Source: Mytilus trossulus
Taxonomy: Eukaryota
Length of the DNA: 64,000 nucleotides
Direction of reading: 5' to 3'
Assembly: GCF_036588685.1 (NCBI RefSeq)
Contig: NC_086385.1
Span: 2,914,001-2,978,000, forward strand
Positions 49,796 to 60,638 of this stretch are shown here, piece after piece. The position numbers and the translations under genes were made by a program. The first letter of the stretch is position 1. The number at the start of each line of letters is the position of its first letter. Under the pieces are notes generated by a model. That model was not told the origin of the DNA and did not search any database. It worked only from the letters and a program-made list of their open reading frames with translations.

Positions 49796-52770
49796 ATGAT
49801 TTTACGGAATGGAAAAAATATTATCAACAACACAACTTCTAGGTTATCTACGTGCATAAATAAACGTATTGGTAATGCCACTACAGCCAGATTATTTAAC
49901 AAAAATGCACGTGGATATCCACAAATTTTCCCGTGCAATGCCAAAAAATGACTAACTTGTTTTAGATTAACTTCTCAAAATACTATAAGGTCAACAGTGA
50001 ACGGGAGAACCTTTTCGCTCTCCTTTTCCTGTGATATTACCTGAAAAACTCAAAACCTAATATATGTGGTAACTTGAACCCAACCTAAGTGTGGTATTCA
50101 ATATGTGGGACAGACGGGACGAGAGTATTTCAGAAGAAATCAAGAACATCTGTACCGCTTTCGTAGACCCAAAAAATTCAAAAGTTTAGTATATCAGCAT
50201 TTAGATAAGCATAATCATAATCTGAAATATATAAAATTCCAACCGCTCGAAACCGTTCAAAAACAACCAGGAGAATCACACAAGCAATTTGAAAAATCAC
50301 GCGAAGTTCGCGAATTGTTTTGGATAAAAAGACTTCAAACAGCTTATCCTCTCGGTCTAAATGATAAAATATTAGGGCAGGGGAACATATCTAAAACTCA
50401 TATCGATGTCATTAATATTGTTGATAAACGACTTAGAAATAATAGGTCTCATGGTAAACGCAAGAACCGCAATCAACGTATTAAACATCGTATAAATTAT
50501 ACACTTGCTGATCTGTTATCTATAATAAAGAATAATGGCAGACATCAAGTATTATGCAAACTGGGTCAGATACCTATAAGTGAATTATATGCTATTTTTC
50601 TTGAGTGTAATAAAATTTCTTTTTTTAGCCCATTTTATGAATACACCCGTATTATTACAGCCTTTTGTCATCACAGGCTTTTTCCTATTATTGATAAACC
50701 TGAAAATCGTAAACGACATTTTCTCAAATTAAAATATATAAATAGAGGTATTGATTTTATTAATTTGTCTAGCATATTCAATGACTCTTCTGTCTATAGC
50801 TTAATACCTCCATATTTTGATAATATAGAACAACCCATTATTTCGTATTCTTATAAAAAACCGAGCAGAAATTTGATTTTCAATTATACGTCAATTACAA
50901 CAGACGTCAATATAGAAAATAATGTTCCTTCCACTTGAGATTGCGAAACATCTAGTTTTAAATATGTTCCCTATGGTCATGTTATCACAGGAGACCTCAA
51001 CATAGTCGATGACCGTGAAGTCATAACTTTTCTAAAGAAAGGACCGAAATACCGTCCTCCTTCTACAATAGATTGGAAACAGTGTCGTCAGGTCATTAAA
51101 GACGCTCCGTCTGCCTATTGTAAAAATTGGTGCAAACGTGAAAAATCCGATAAAAAATCTTTAGACAGTTATTTGAATAAAATTATGAATACTGTTGATA
51201 TTCGAATATCTCATTTAGAAAACAATTCTGAAATTAATAATAGGAACCATGATATACCCATTTCTAGAATAAAAAACAAACTCAAGGTACTCGCAGAGCG
51301 GTTTGTGTTCGTACCGGCAGACAAGGCAGCAAATAATGTAGTGGTGGTGTGACGCATATACTACACGAAAGTTCTTCAAAACGAAATAATAAATTCCTCT
51401 ACATTCAGGTCAGTGCGCACCACAGAGAGTCAAATCGTTAACAAGCATACCACTGCCACTGCCCAGCTTAAAGCATCTTCCGAACATTTGAAAGTCCCTA
51501 CCATGTACTGGTTACCGAAATTACACAAAAAACCATTTAAATTCCGTTTCATCTCCGCTTCGAGTAAGTGTTCTACTACTAATCTATCAGTGCTTCTAAC
51601 CACCTCCCTAACTACTATCAAAGAACTGGTTATTAACTTTTGTAATAAAGCTTATGAAAATAATGGTATTAATTATTTTTGGAGTGTTAAAAATTCTTTA
51701 GAGGTTTTAGATAAAATACATGCTTTCAATGGTCCTTACAACTCTGTTGACAGTTATGATTTTTCTACTCTGTACACTACACTTCCACACAATCTTATAA
51801 AGAAAAAATTTTTTTATTTGATAAAATGGTCTTTCGAAAAATCTCATTGTAATTTTATTTGCTGTAACTCGTTTAAGGCCTTTTTATGTAACGAAAAAGG
51901 AAAGTATGCTAGATACACTTACTGGAAATGTGAGGATATGATTGAAGCTTTAAACTTTCTGCTTGATAACATTTATGTACGTTTCGGCGATAAAGTGTAT
52001 CGTCAGGTAGTAGGTATTCCTATGGGCACCAATATTGCTATGAATCTCAGTTTATGACCAAACTCAGTAAAGACCCATCATTGTTACATTTGGTTGATAC
52101 ATTCAAAAATACCTACCGTTATCTGGATGATATTTTTTCGTTGAATAATCCAGAGTTCTCTAAATATACTTCAGAAATTTACCCAAACGAACTTACTTTA
52201 ACTAAATCTAACATAAACAGCAGCAGTTGTCCTTTTCTAGATTTAGACATTTCAATTTCAAACGGGAAACTTCACACTAAAATTTACGACAAAAGAGACG
52301 ATTTTTCATTTCCTATTGTTAATTTTCCTTTTTTAGACGGCGATGTGCCTTTGGCTCCATCATACGGTGTTTATATATCGCAACTCGTTCGGTTTGCCCG
52401 TGTGTGTTCTGATGTCATAGATTTTAACGAACGTAATCAATGCATCACTGGTAAATTGTTGTGTCAGGGATTTCGATACCATAAATTACTTAAAACTTTT
52501 ACTAAATTCTTTCATAGATACAAAGATTTGATTAGTAAATTTGGCTATACCTGTAGAAAGCTTATTAAAAATGGTATTTCTCATCCTAAATTTTATGGTA
52601 ATATTGTACTTAAAGCGAGGAAATCACTATGTGATCCTTGTAAACTCATCGAACCTTTAAACAAACTTATAAGTAAGGGTTATCGTACCAATATTGTAAT
52701 TAGATCTCTGAATATAGTTCACATTGGCACTAATATTGATTTTGTCATTAGCAAATTAAAACATAACTAA
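49796..52770 (+). CDS. Putative selenocysteine-containing GIY-YIG/RT polyprotein (~1000 aa; 5 in-frame UGA; one frameshifting deletion at ~52040)
   Basis: One frame from ATG 49796 (MILRNGK) to GIPMGTN (~52041). Its only stops are TGA at 49949, 50042, 50075, 50936 and 51350, each in a Cys-type context. The frame resumes YCYESQFMTKL and ends at TAA 52768-52770. Confidence 0.85.
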
Positions 52771-52890
52771 ATTTCATTATCTTTTGAGGCGAGATGTATA
52801 GGGGACACAGCCACGTTAACTTTTATTTCTATAGAAGTCGCTCTTCACTATACTACTACCTGTCGATACATTTATTTTTGGCATTGCACA

Positions 52891-52977
52891 AGTCATGTCT
52901 TCTTTGAATATTAATGACGTTAAAATACTAAATCCCTGTGATGTGTTTTAGTCGATTTTAGTCTCTGATGCATGATT
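52891..52977 (+). promoter_or_regulatory. SECIS element in the 3' UTR
   Basis: ATGA at 52914-52917; helix II GTTAAAATAC/GTGTTTTAGT; apical AAA with mini-stem; GA at 52954-52955; outer pairing AGTCATG/CATGATT. Confidence 0.82.
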
Positions 52978-53209
52978 TTTTACTATTAATTGGTTTTGGC
53001 TTTAAACTAGCTGTCAGTAACTGCGAGTACTCTCAAATCGTATTTTCTTGTTAATTCGACCTGTTGATACTGTTTATAATGCTTTTTTGTCATTTTTTAT
53101 TTATATGGATCTTGGCTGTATACCAGCTTTGATTATTTGTAATATCTTCAATTTTTCACTTATTCTTACAACATTTGAATAAACTTCAAGATTATAAAAA
53201 AACGGTTTT

Positions 53210-53787
53210 TTTCTAAAGTGAACATTGCTTGGTTAAATATTTCTCAGCGTGTTTGAATTTGTTGATAGCCTTTTGGTCATGACTGTTTGTCTCTAATATT
53301 TAATTAACTGTGCATTTGTATTCAGATATCGCAGATCAAATTTATTCGTTCTTTGTGTAATCATACGTTTTTTGATTGAGTTAAGTCTGCTAATTGATAT
53401 TTTATCGTATGTTTTTACATGTTGTGATGTTATGCTATTGTTTCAGAAAAAGGGAGAAGGTTTGGGCCCATTAAAACGTTTAATCCCGCTGCAAATGTTT
53501 GCACCTGTCCTAAGTCAGGAATCTGATGTACAGTAGTTGTCGTTTGTTTATGTAATATATACGTGTTTCTCGTTTCTCGTTTTGTTTATATAGATTAGAC
53601 CGTTGGTTTTCCCGTTTGAATGGTTTTACACTAGTAATTTTGGGGCCCTTTATAGCTTGTTGTTCGGTGTGAGCCAAGGCTCCGTGTTGAAGGCCGTACT
53701 TTAACCTATAATGGTTTAATTTTTAAATTGTTATTTGGATGGAGAGTTGTCTCATTGGCACTCACACCACATCTTCCTATATCTATT
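53210..53787 (+). repeat. 3' pseudo-LTR
   Basis: Direct repeat of 48800-49377. Confidence 0.95.
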
Positions 53788-53810
53788 CAGATTTTAGTGT
53801 TTAGCGACCA

Positions 53811-53984
53811 CATACCCGTAGCCAGGGGGGGGGTTCGGGGGTTCGGACGACCCCCCCCCCCCCCCCCCCCCCTTGAAAACTAATAAGCACTGTTAAAGTC
53901 GATGTTCTGTTCGAATTATGACTGTTAAAGTCGAGTTTGTGAGTCAAACGAACCCCCCTTTGAAAATTTCTGGCTACGGGCCTG
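53811..53984. mobile_element. hAT-like MITE with 5-bp TSD
   Basis: TIR CATACCCGTAGCCAG / CTGGCTACGGGCCTG; TSD GACCA at 53806-53810 and 53985-53989; internal G and C tracts. Confidence 0.8.
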
Positions 53985-54806
53985 GACCATTTAGCTGAAA
54001 CTAGTATACATTTTTGTTTAGGGGCCAGTTGAAGCCCACCTAGCGGAGTTTGCTCGCTACGTTAAAAACCCATTCATGTGTTATTTTCTGCACTTTGATC
54101 GTCTTGTTGTCTCTTTAAGGGGACTCGCGGGTATAAATCAACATTTATTTTTAATATGAGATTTCGCTATATTTTTTTTATAAAAAACTAAATGAAATAA
54201 AAAAAATGGGGTCACCGTTTATTCAAGCTCACAATCTGCCTCCGAAAGAAGCATACATTTTTGTTATTGCCCTTTTTTTCAGTTGAACTAATAGAAGAAA
54301 TAGAGGTAATATCGAAAGAAGAAAAGTACTAAATGACAGAAATTGTTTTAATTTTACAATTATTTAGTTTATGTACGGCTTATTTGAAAACAATAATAAA
54401 AATATAGGTCACTGATGAGTTAAATGCCAAAAATGGCATTTTTGCACCAAAGGGAGATAATTTGGAGCTTTTTCAATTAAATAAAAATTGTAAAAGTCAT
54501 CTGGGGCCAAACCAAATCTATTTTTTTGGTTGATTGTTGTACCAGATCATAAAGTAATAACTAATCATGTAATAAATAAAATTTGTAATGTAAAAACAAA
54601 TGTTTAAATTTTCGCTGAATTTTGTATAGACGCGAAAGGTCTCTGGAATAATACGACAAGTTTTGTATTCAAAACGAAAATACTAAATAATAAAATATGT
54701 AGATATACACGACATACACTAATAAGACATTAACACAACATTAATAATTACCAAGACAGAATCCAACATAATTATGTCCACACAATATGTCAAGCTCGTA
54801 ATGAAA

Positions 54807-55118
54807 CAATCTAATTAAAATATTGATCTCTGATTACGTTATACTAAAATATTGATCTCTGATTACGTTATACTATGTAGTAGATTCAATAGTTTATTAA
54901 AGTCTCACCACATACATACAAGTATAAACACAGTATAATATCAAGTACACAATATAAAATTTAGAATGCATGTGCCATTCTTAAAAGAACTATGCGAGAC
55001 TGTTATATACAATATTAAAACAACAGAATTAAAACATTAGTTTTGTTATTTATACAAAACATAAAAGTATATACTATGTAGTATAACGTAATCAGAGATC
55101 AATATTTTAATTAGATTG
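54807..55118. mobile_element. TIR element with 8-bp TSD
   Basis: ~40-bp TIR CAATCTAATTAAAATATTGATCTCTGATTACGTTATACTA; TSD TAATGAAA at 54799-54806 and 55119-55126. Confidence 0.8.
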
Positions 55119-55623
55119 TAATGAAAATCTGAATAAATATTAAACTTAAAATTATCAATGAAATTTGTACTTAGCACGTGTACGTGTACTTAATTAGAAG
55201 GATTGTGCACGATGTTTGTCAATGATTACTGACCAATTTTTCAGTTTGAATTTAGATAAACAATTTGTTTCCTGTGAATAGGTGGCCATGGGAGGGTTAA
55301 AACTTTTAAAAATGGATAACATCACGTCTCACGCCTATGGATTATGAAAAAAAATTTGTTTCCAGTTTTTGGAGAAAAAAATAATTTGTTTTTGACCCTG
55401 AGAAAAAAAAATTGTTTGTTTCACCCTCAGCTGCCACTATATGTAATGCTTAAATTCAAAGAAAAACATTGTTTTCGACTTGTCGCCAAAAAATAGATTG
55501 TTTTTCGCCGAAGGCCGAAGGTGAAAAAAATAATTTGTCCAGGAAAAAAAACCATAGCCCCCCCCCCCCCCAGAAAATCAAATGGTTGCTGCCTTATCAA
55601 AGGTACCAGTATTATAATATAGT

Positions 55624-55667
55624 ACGCCAGACGCGAGTTTCGTCTAAACAAGACTCATCAGTGACGC
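55624..55667 (-). ncRNA. Minimal type I hammerhead ribozyme motif
   Basis: Minus strand GCGTCA-CTGATGA-GTCT-TGTTT-AGAC-GAAA-CTCGCG-TC-TGGCGT: intact core, helices I and II, minimal helix III. Confidence 0.8.
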
Positions 55668-56554
55668 TCATATCAAAATATTTATAAAGCGAAACAAATA
55701 CGAAGTTGAAGAGCATTGAGGATCCAAAATTCCAAAAAAGTTGTGCCAAATACGGCTAAGGTAATCTATTCCTGGGATAAGAAAATCCTTAGTTTTTCGA
55801 AAAATTCAAAGATTTGTAATCGGGAAATTTATAGAAATGACCACATATTTGATATTCCTGTCAACACCGAAGTGCTGACTACTGGGCTGGTGATACCCTG
55901 GGGGACGAAACCTCCACCAGCAGTGGCATCGACCCAGTGGTGTTAATTGATTGTGATCTGCTGATCATGTCTACTGTTTACGGTTTCTCTGTGTCCTCTG
56001 TGTGGTCCATAATGACAAAAAAAAAAGAGTAAAACTTGTCATTTAAGGGCAATACCTCTTAAAAGAAGCAAGCTAAAAAAAACTTTGGCTAGTTGACCAT
56101 TCTTGCAGTTTATAGTTAACTTAATCCATCCTTGATCTTAAATTATAAAAACCATCGTGAAAGGGCAATAACTCCCTAAAAGAGTTAACTGACATTTTTT
56201 CGAAATGTTTGGCGTATTATTAGATTTTTGTCACATGTACCTTTATGCTTTTTATAAAAGTATTATAGTTTTCAAGACAATGGGCAAATCCTCCAAAACA
56301 TGGTAACAATCTTGATTTAGAGGCAATTACTCCTATGATGAGTTAACTGACAATTGAGCCATGTTGACATATTTGTAGATCTCTCCATTAGAGTGTTTAC
56401 GATAAAGTAAAAACGCAACAACAAAATGGCAAAAACTTGTCTTTTTAAACAAAATCTAGTATAAAGAGTCGAACACCTGTTTCATCAGTCTCAACGTATT
56501 GATAATTTTTGCTATTTGAAACTATTCTTCATCTTCATCTTCATTTCTATGCAA

Positions 56555-56960
56555 CATCGCCTGCGTATATTGTATATATTTCCCATTTGATACAATATTC
56601 CAGAGCTTCTAAGGAAGCTATCAAACCAAATGGTGAAGTTAAAATTATATATACCTTCGACATTTTACGAACGCCATGACGAGATGGATAACCTATATAG
56701 AATATCTATATGTTTCACCGATGACAACGGATATGTTCTGATTGTCGTACTAGCCACAATCCCGTCCTCTATTCCTCGAATGTGACATAGCGATTTAGAC
56801 TTACATACGGATTTACACTTACACGAGCAACAAGACGGGTGCCACATTTAGAGCAGAATCTGTTTAATATTCCGGAGTACATGAGATCATCCCTGGTTTT
56901 TGTTGGGGTTCGTGTTGCTTAGTTTTTAGTTTCCTATGTTGTGTTTTGTATACTGGTGTT
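56555..56960 (+). pseudogene. Degraded 3' fragment of a second Penelope-like family
   Basis: CCTGCGTATATTGTATATATTTCCCATTTGATACAATATTCCAGAGCT translates to PAYIVYISHLIQYSRA, matching PSYGVYISQLVRFARV of the main element. Confidence 0.65.
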
Positions 56961-57930
56961 AACCTTTTGTAATTTGTAGTTTGTTTTGGACTTTTGCATA
57001 TTTCTTAGGTTTCTTTCGCCTCTTTTTTGTAGATTCAAAATAATAGACAAAATTTTTTTTTGTAAAATTCGTCAAAAAGATGCATAAACTGCTGTAAAGA
57101 GTCAACTGAAGATTTCGATAATTCAACTTATTTATAAATCTGGTTTTGTTCATCATTTTTGCTAAGGAAATACTAGGCAATACACGCATAACTTCTTTTT
57201 AAAAGGAGTCAGTCATCGATATAATTTAACTTATTGGTATATCTTGTGTTGTTGATCTGATGAGTCGGGCCTTTTTCAACTGATTTTCATAGTTTGTTCA
57301 GATGTTCTGCTTTTACACCACTGTCCCAGGTTTAGAGAGGGTTGGGTGCCCAAAGTCATATTTAACTCCACCACATTCTTTATGTGCCTATACTAAGTAC
57401 AATCTGAGAAAAAAGAACGAGACAGACACCACATAAACTTATACAATTCATGAAACACACTCTAAAAAATGTATTTTGGGCCTAAACATAAACCTATACA
57501 TGTTACTTGTAATGCATTTGTAAACAAGTTCTTATCTTATATATGTTCTTCTCCTTAAAACTTGTTAAGGAAAGTGTTAAAAGCTTAAACATGTTTAACC
57601 CTATATGTGTTTAACCTGAAAACGTGTTGAAGATAAACATGTTTTGGTACTGCTTCTTTGTTGTGTGGTTCTACTCGCCAATCCTTACATCCTGAAAATG
57701 CATGAAATATTTGCCACTGGACTTTAATTAACCAAATATCAATCCTCGCCTTTCCATGATGAGTACACAATTATTTGTAATAGTCTTTCAAATTCTACAT
57801 GTAAAAAAACAAGTGGCTGGTACCTTAATATTAATTTGCTCATTGTTGAAGGCCTTACTCAAACCTTGAATGTAAAGAACAGCAATAAATGATTTATTAA
57901 ACATGTATTTATATTTGTGTATATTAAACG

Positions 57931-58913
57931 ACCGCGCTGAAGTACGTCCATTATTTATTTTCCATTATTCAAAATTAAATAATGAATAATGAAATAGTTC
58001 ACTATTCACTATTCAATGTTAAGTGATGAATAATGAATAATGAAATAGTTTATGTTTCATTATTCAAGTTGAAGCGGTGAATAGTGAATTTTTTTTTTTT
58101 AATTGACTGTGACACAACACTATAGCTATGTCTCGTTTTTCTAAATTCTTCTTTTTTTGTGTTATCTTACAAATATTCAAATTAATATCAGAAAAAATAA
58201 ATAAAAACCATCTTTCAATTTTAATTTGATTTATCTATCTAGTTCCTAGTTTTGGAGGATAAACTAGTTGGTTTGTCACTATTTTTAACAGAAATTCCTT
58301 GGTACAATGTATGGACGACCTGAATACCAAAACATTAACCGGTATATCAAAATTGAAATACTCTACGTGGTCTTTTTGTTTTATTTTCACTGGACATTTG
58401 CTATTCTTCGAACACCTCTAATGGTAATTGTTGCATAATTGACTTGATATATCTATAATCATAGGATGAAGAATAGTTAATGTACAGTGAGACAACTTAG
58501 TGTATTTTAATTTTTATATGTATGTTTTGGTACTCAGGTCGTCCATACATTGAACCAAGGAATTTCTGTTTAAAATAGTTAGGAGAACCCACTAGTTTAT
58601 CCTCCGAAAGTAAATGAATAAATAAAATAAAAAAATTAAAGAGTGTTTTTTTTTCTGATATAAAATTTGAATATTTGTTTGTCAAAGATAACACCAAAAT
58701 GACGAATCTAGAAATACGGGATACAGCTATAGGGTCACATTTTTTATTTTTTTATTTCACTATTCACTGCTTCAACTTGAATAGTGAAACATAAACTATT
58801 TCAGTATTCATTATTTATCACTTAACATTGAATAAAGAATGGTGAACTATTTCATTATTCAATATTGAATTTTGAATAATGAAAAATGAATAATGGAAGT
58901 ACTTCAGCGCGGT
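57931..58913. mobile_element. Foldback element with ~400-bp inverted arms
   Basis: ACCGCGCTGAAGTAC... / ...GTACTTCAGCGCGGT; arm homology runs inward to CAATGTATGGACGACCTGA / TCAGGTCGTCCATACATTG. Confidence 0.85.
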
Positions 58914-59331
58914 ACTAGATGCTACAATAACCACTTTATAATAACAACATTCATTGGTCATTATAGTTGTTATGTACTGTATGGACGGTCAATTATCATA
59001 ATAAAGCAGAGAAAAAAACAAGTCTTCCGGATGGTCCGAAGAATGGATAATTTTTACTATTTTTCCGGCTACCCAGAAGAATAGCCACTGCCAAACATAA
59101 AACCAACAAATCCGGGGAAAAATAAGTTCCTTATAGTTTAAATTTTAAAGTCAGGCACAGGTTGTATAACAGTTTAAAAATAATTAGTTTCCCTTCAGGG
59201 TCCCTCAAGTTTGTGCGTTGCATCTGTTACACTGGTTCTGTTACACTGGTTCTGTTACTCATAAGTTAAGTAATAAAACATCACTTCATACTTTAAACAT
59301 CAAAATCACACAACACACAATCTTCTACAAA

Positions 59332-60222
59332 ATGGCTGGTTTAAGTGTTTGGGCACAAAGACATATCTCTAGGATTGAGGAAAACTTTACACAAGCTGAT
59401 AAGGATAATAGTGGAACCTTACAGCTTTCCGAAGTTATCCAGATTCTTCGGAACTCAGGATTTAAAGGAAGCGATGAAGAAGCTAAGGTATGATTTTTCC
59501 CTTGAACAATTAAATGAAGAAGACGCGGAAATTAGTTTTATGTATCAGTATTTCCGCTAATATTTGTTCTTACGTTATTCTTATTTCAAGCGAGTAGAAT
59601 TTTTTAATGAGATACTTTTCTTTCAAATATTAAAAATTAATTGCTTCCTCATTTTTTGCAATTGTGACTCATAGACTAATCAATGATAAAGAAGGAAAAT
59701 TAGGATGATTGCCATGTTGCTATGTTTTTTTAATAAGTAACTTAGGAGATGACCATTAAAGCCATTTGATGTTCATGGGGAGGGGGACAGAAGGATGGTT
59801 TTACAATTGAATTATAATCTTCAACTGTTGCAACATGTATGCAATTTACAACGAGAAAGTCGTTTCTTTATAAACACACAATTTATTTACCTATTTCCTG
59901 TATTTTGTAGTGTAAAAAATGCCTTACCATTGGAGCAAGAATATGTCTTCTTTCAGTAATTACTAGGCCAGACTATTCATTTTCAAAATCCGCAGAAAAT
60001 TAAATATTCAAACGGCAATGATTAGAAATACAAGAGGTCAGTGTAATTCGAAGTGTAATTTAGACACAGCATTCGTACAGCACGCATTATCAGCAAAGAC
60101 ATCGTTTTAATAAGACTATTTGGTCAACTTTTACAGAAAATATTCTCGGAGATAGATGCAGACAAGAACCAAGTGGTTTCTAGAGTAGAATTTAAGAATG
60201 CGATGTCAAAAGTGCCGAAGAT
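59332..60222 (+). CDS. EF-hand calcium-binding protein, calmodulin-superfamily-like; exons 59332-59487 and 60137->60222, truncated by the gap
   Basis: AAAATGG start; EF loops DKDNSGTLQLSE and DADKNQVVSRVE; phase-0 intron AAG|GTATGA...TTTTACAG|AAA. Confidence 0.9.
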
Positions 60223-60638
60223 NNNNNNNNNNNNNNNNNNNNNNNNNNNNNNNNNNNNNNNNNNNNNNNNNNNNNNNNNNNNNNNNNNNNNNNNNNNNNN
60301 NNNNNNNNNNNNNNNNNNNNNNNNNNNNNNNNNNNNNNNNNNNNNNNNNNNNNNNNNNNNNNNNNNNNNNNNNNNNNNNNNNNNNNNNNNNNNNNNNNNN
60401 NNNNNNNNNNNNNNNNNNNNNNNNNNNNNNNNNNNNNNNNNNNNNNNNNNNNNNNNNNNNNNNNNNNNNNNNNNNNNNNNNNNNNNNNNNNNNNNNNNNN
60501 NNNNNNNNNNNNNNNNNNNNNNNNNNNNNNNNNNNNNNNNNNNNNNNNNNNNNNNNNNNNNNNNNNNNNNNNNNNNNNNNNNNNNNNNNNNNNNNNNNNN
60601 NNNNNNNNNNNNNNNNNNNNNNNNNNNNNNNNNNNNNN
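60223..60638. other. Assembly gap
   Basis: Run of N. Confidence 1.

Larger units (their letters stand above)
48800..53787 (+). mobile_element. Penelope-like retroelement, Naiad type (N-terminal GIY-YIG + RT), with pseudo-LTRs
   Basis: ~578-bp direct repeats at both ends; GIY-YIG (NLIYVV...QYVGQTGR...R..EH...RELFWIKRLQT.YP.GLN) precedes RT (DKA, YWLPKLHK, DFSTLYT, GIPMG, RYLDD, FLDL, IYDKRDDF); no TSD. Confidence 0.95.

Noticed and set aside
49318-49842. 174-aa Cys/Tyr-rich ORF upstream of the Naiad ORF
   Set aside because: Starts at a TTG inside the pseudo-LTR, T-rich composition, no recognisable domain.
49949-51352. UGA as Trp (alternative genetic code) or simple pseudogene decay
   Set aside because: Trp is encoded by TGG in this ORF, the TGA contexts are Cys-type, no TAA or TAG occurs in frame, and a SECIS is present.
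53270-53342. Second SECIS at GGTCATGACTG...CAGATC
   Set aside because: Helix II does not pair after the core and the spacing to an apical AA loop is wrong.
57255-57290. CTGATGAG hammerhead half-site
   Set aside because: No downstream GAAA or supporting helices.
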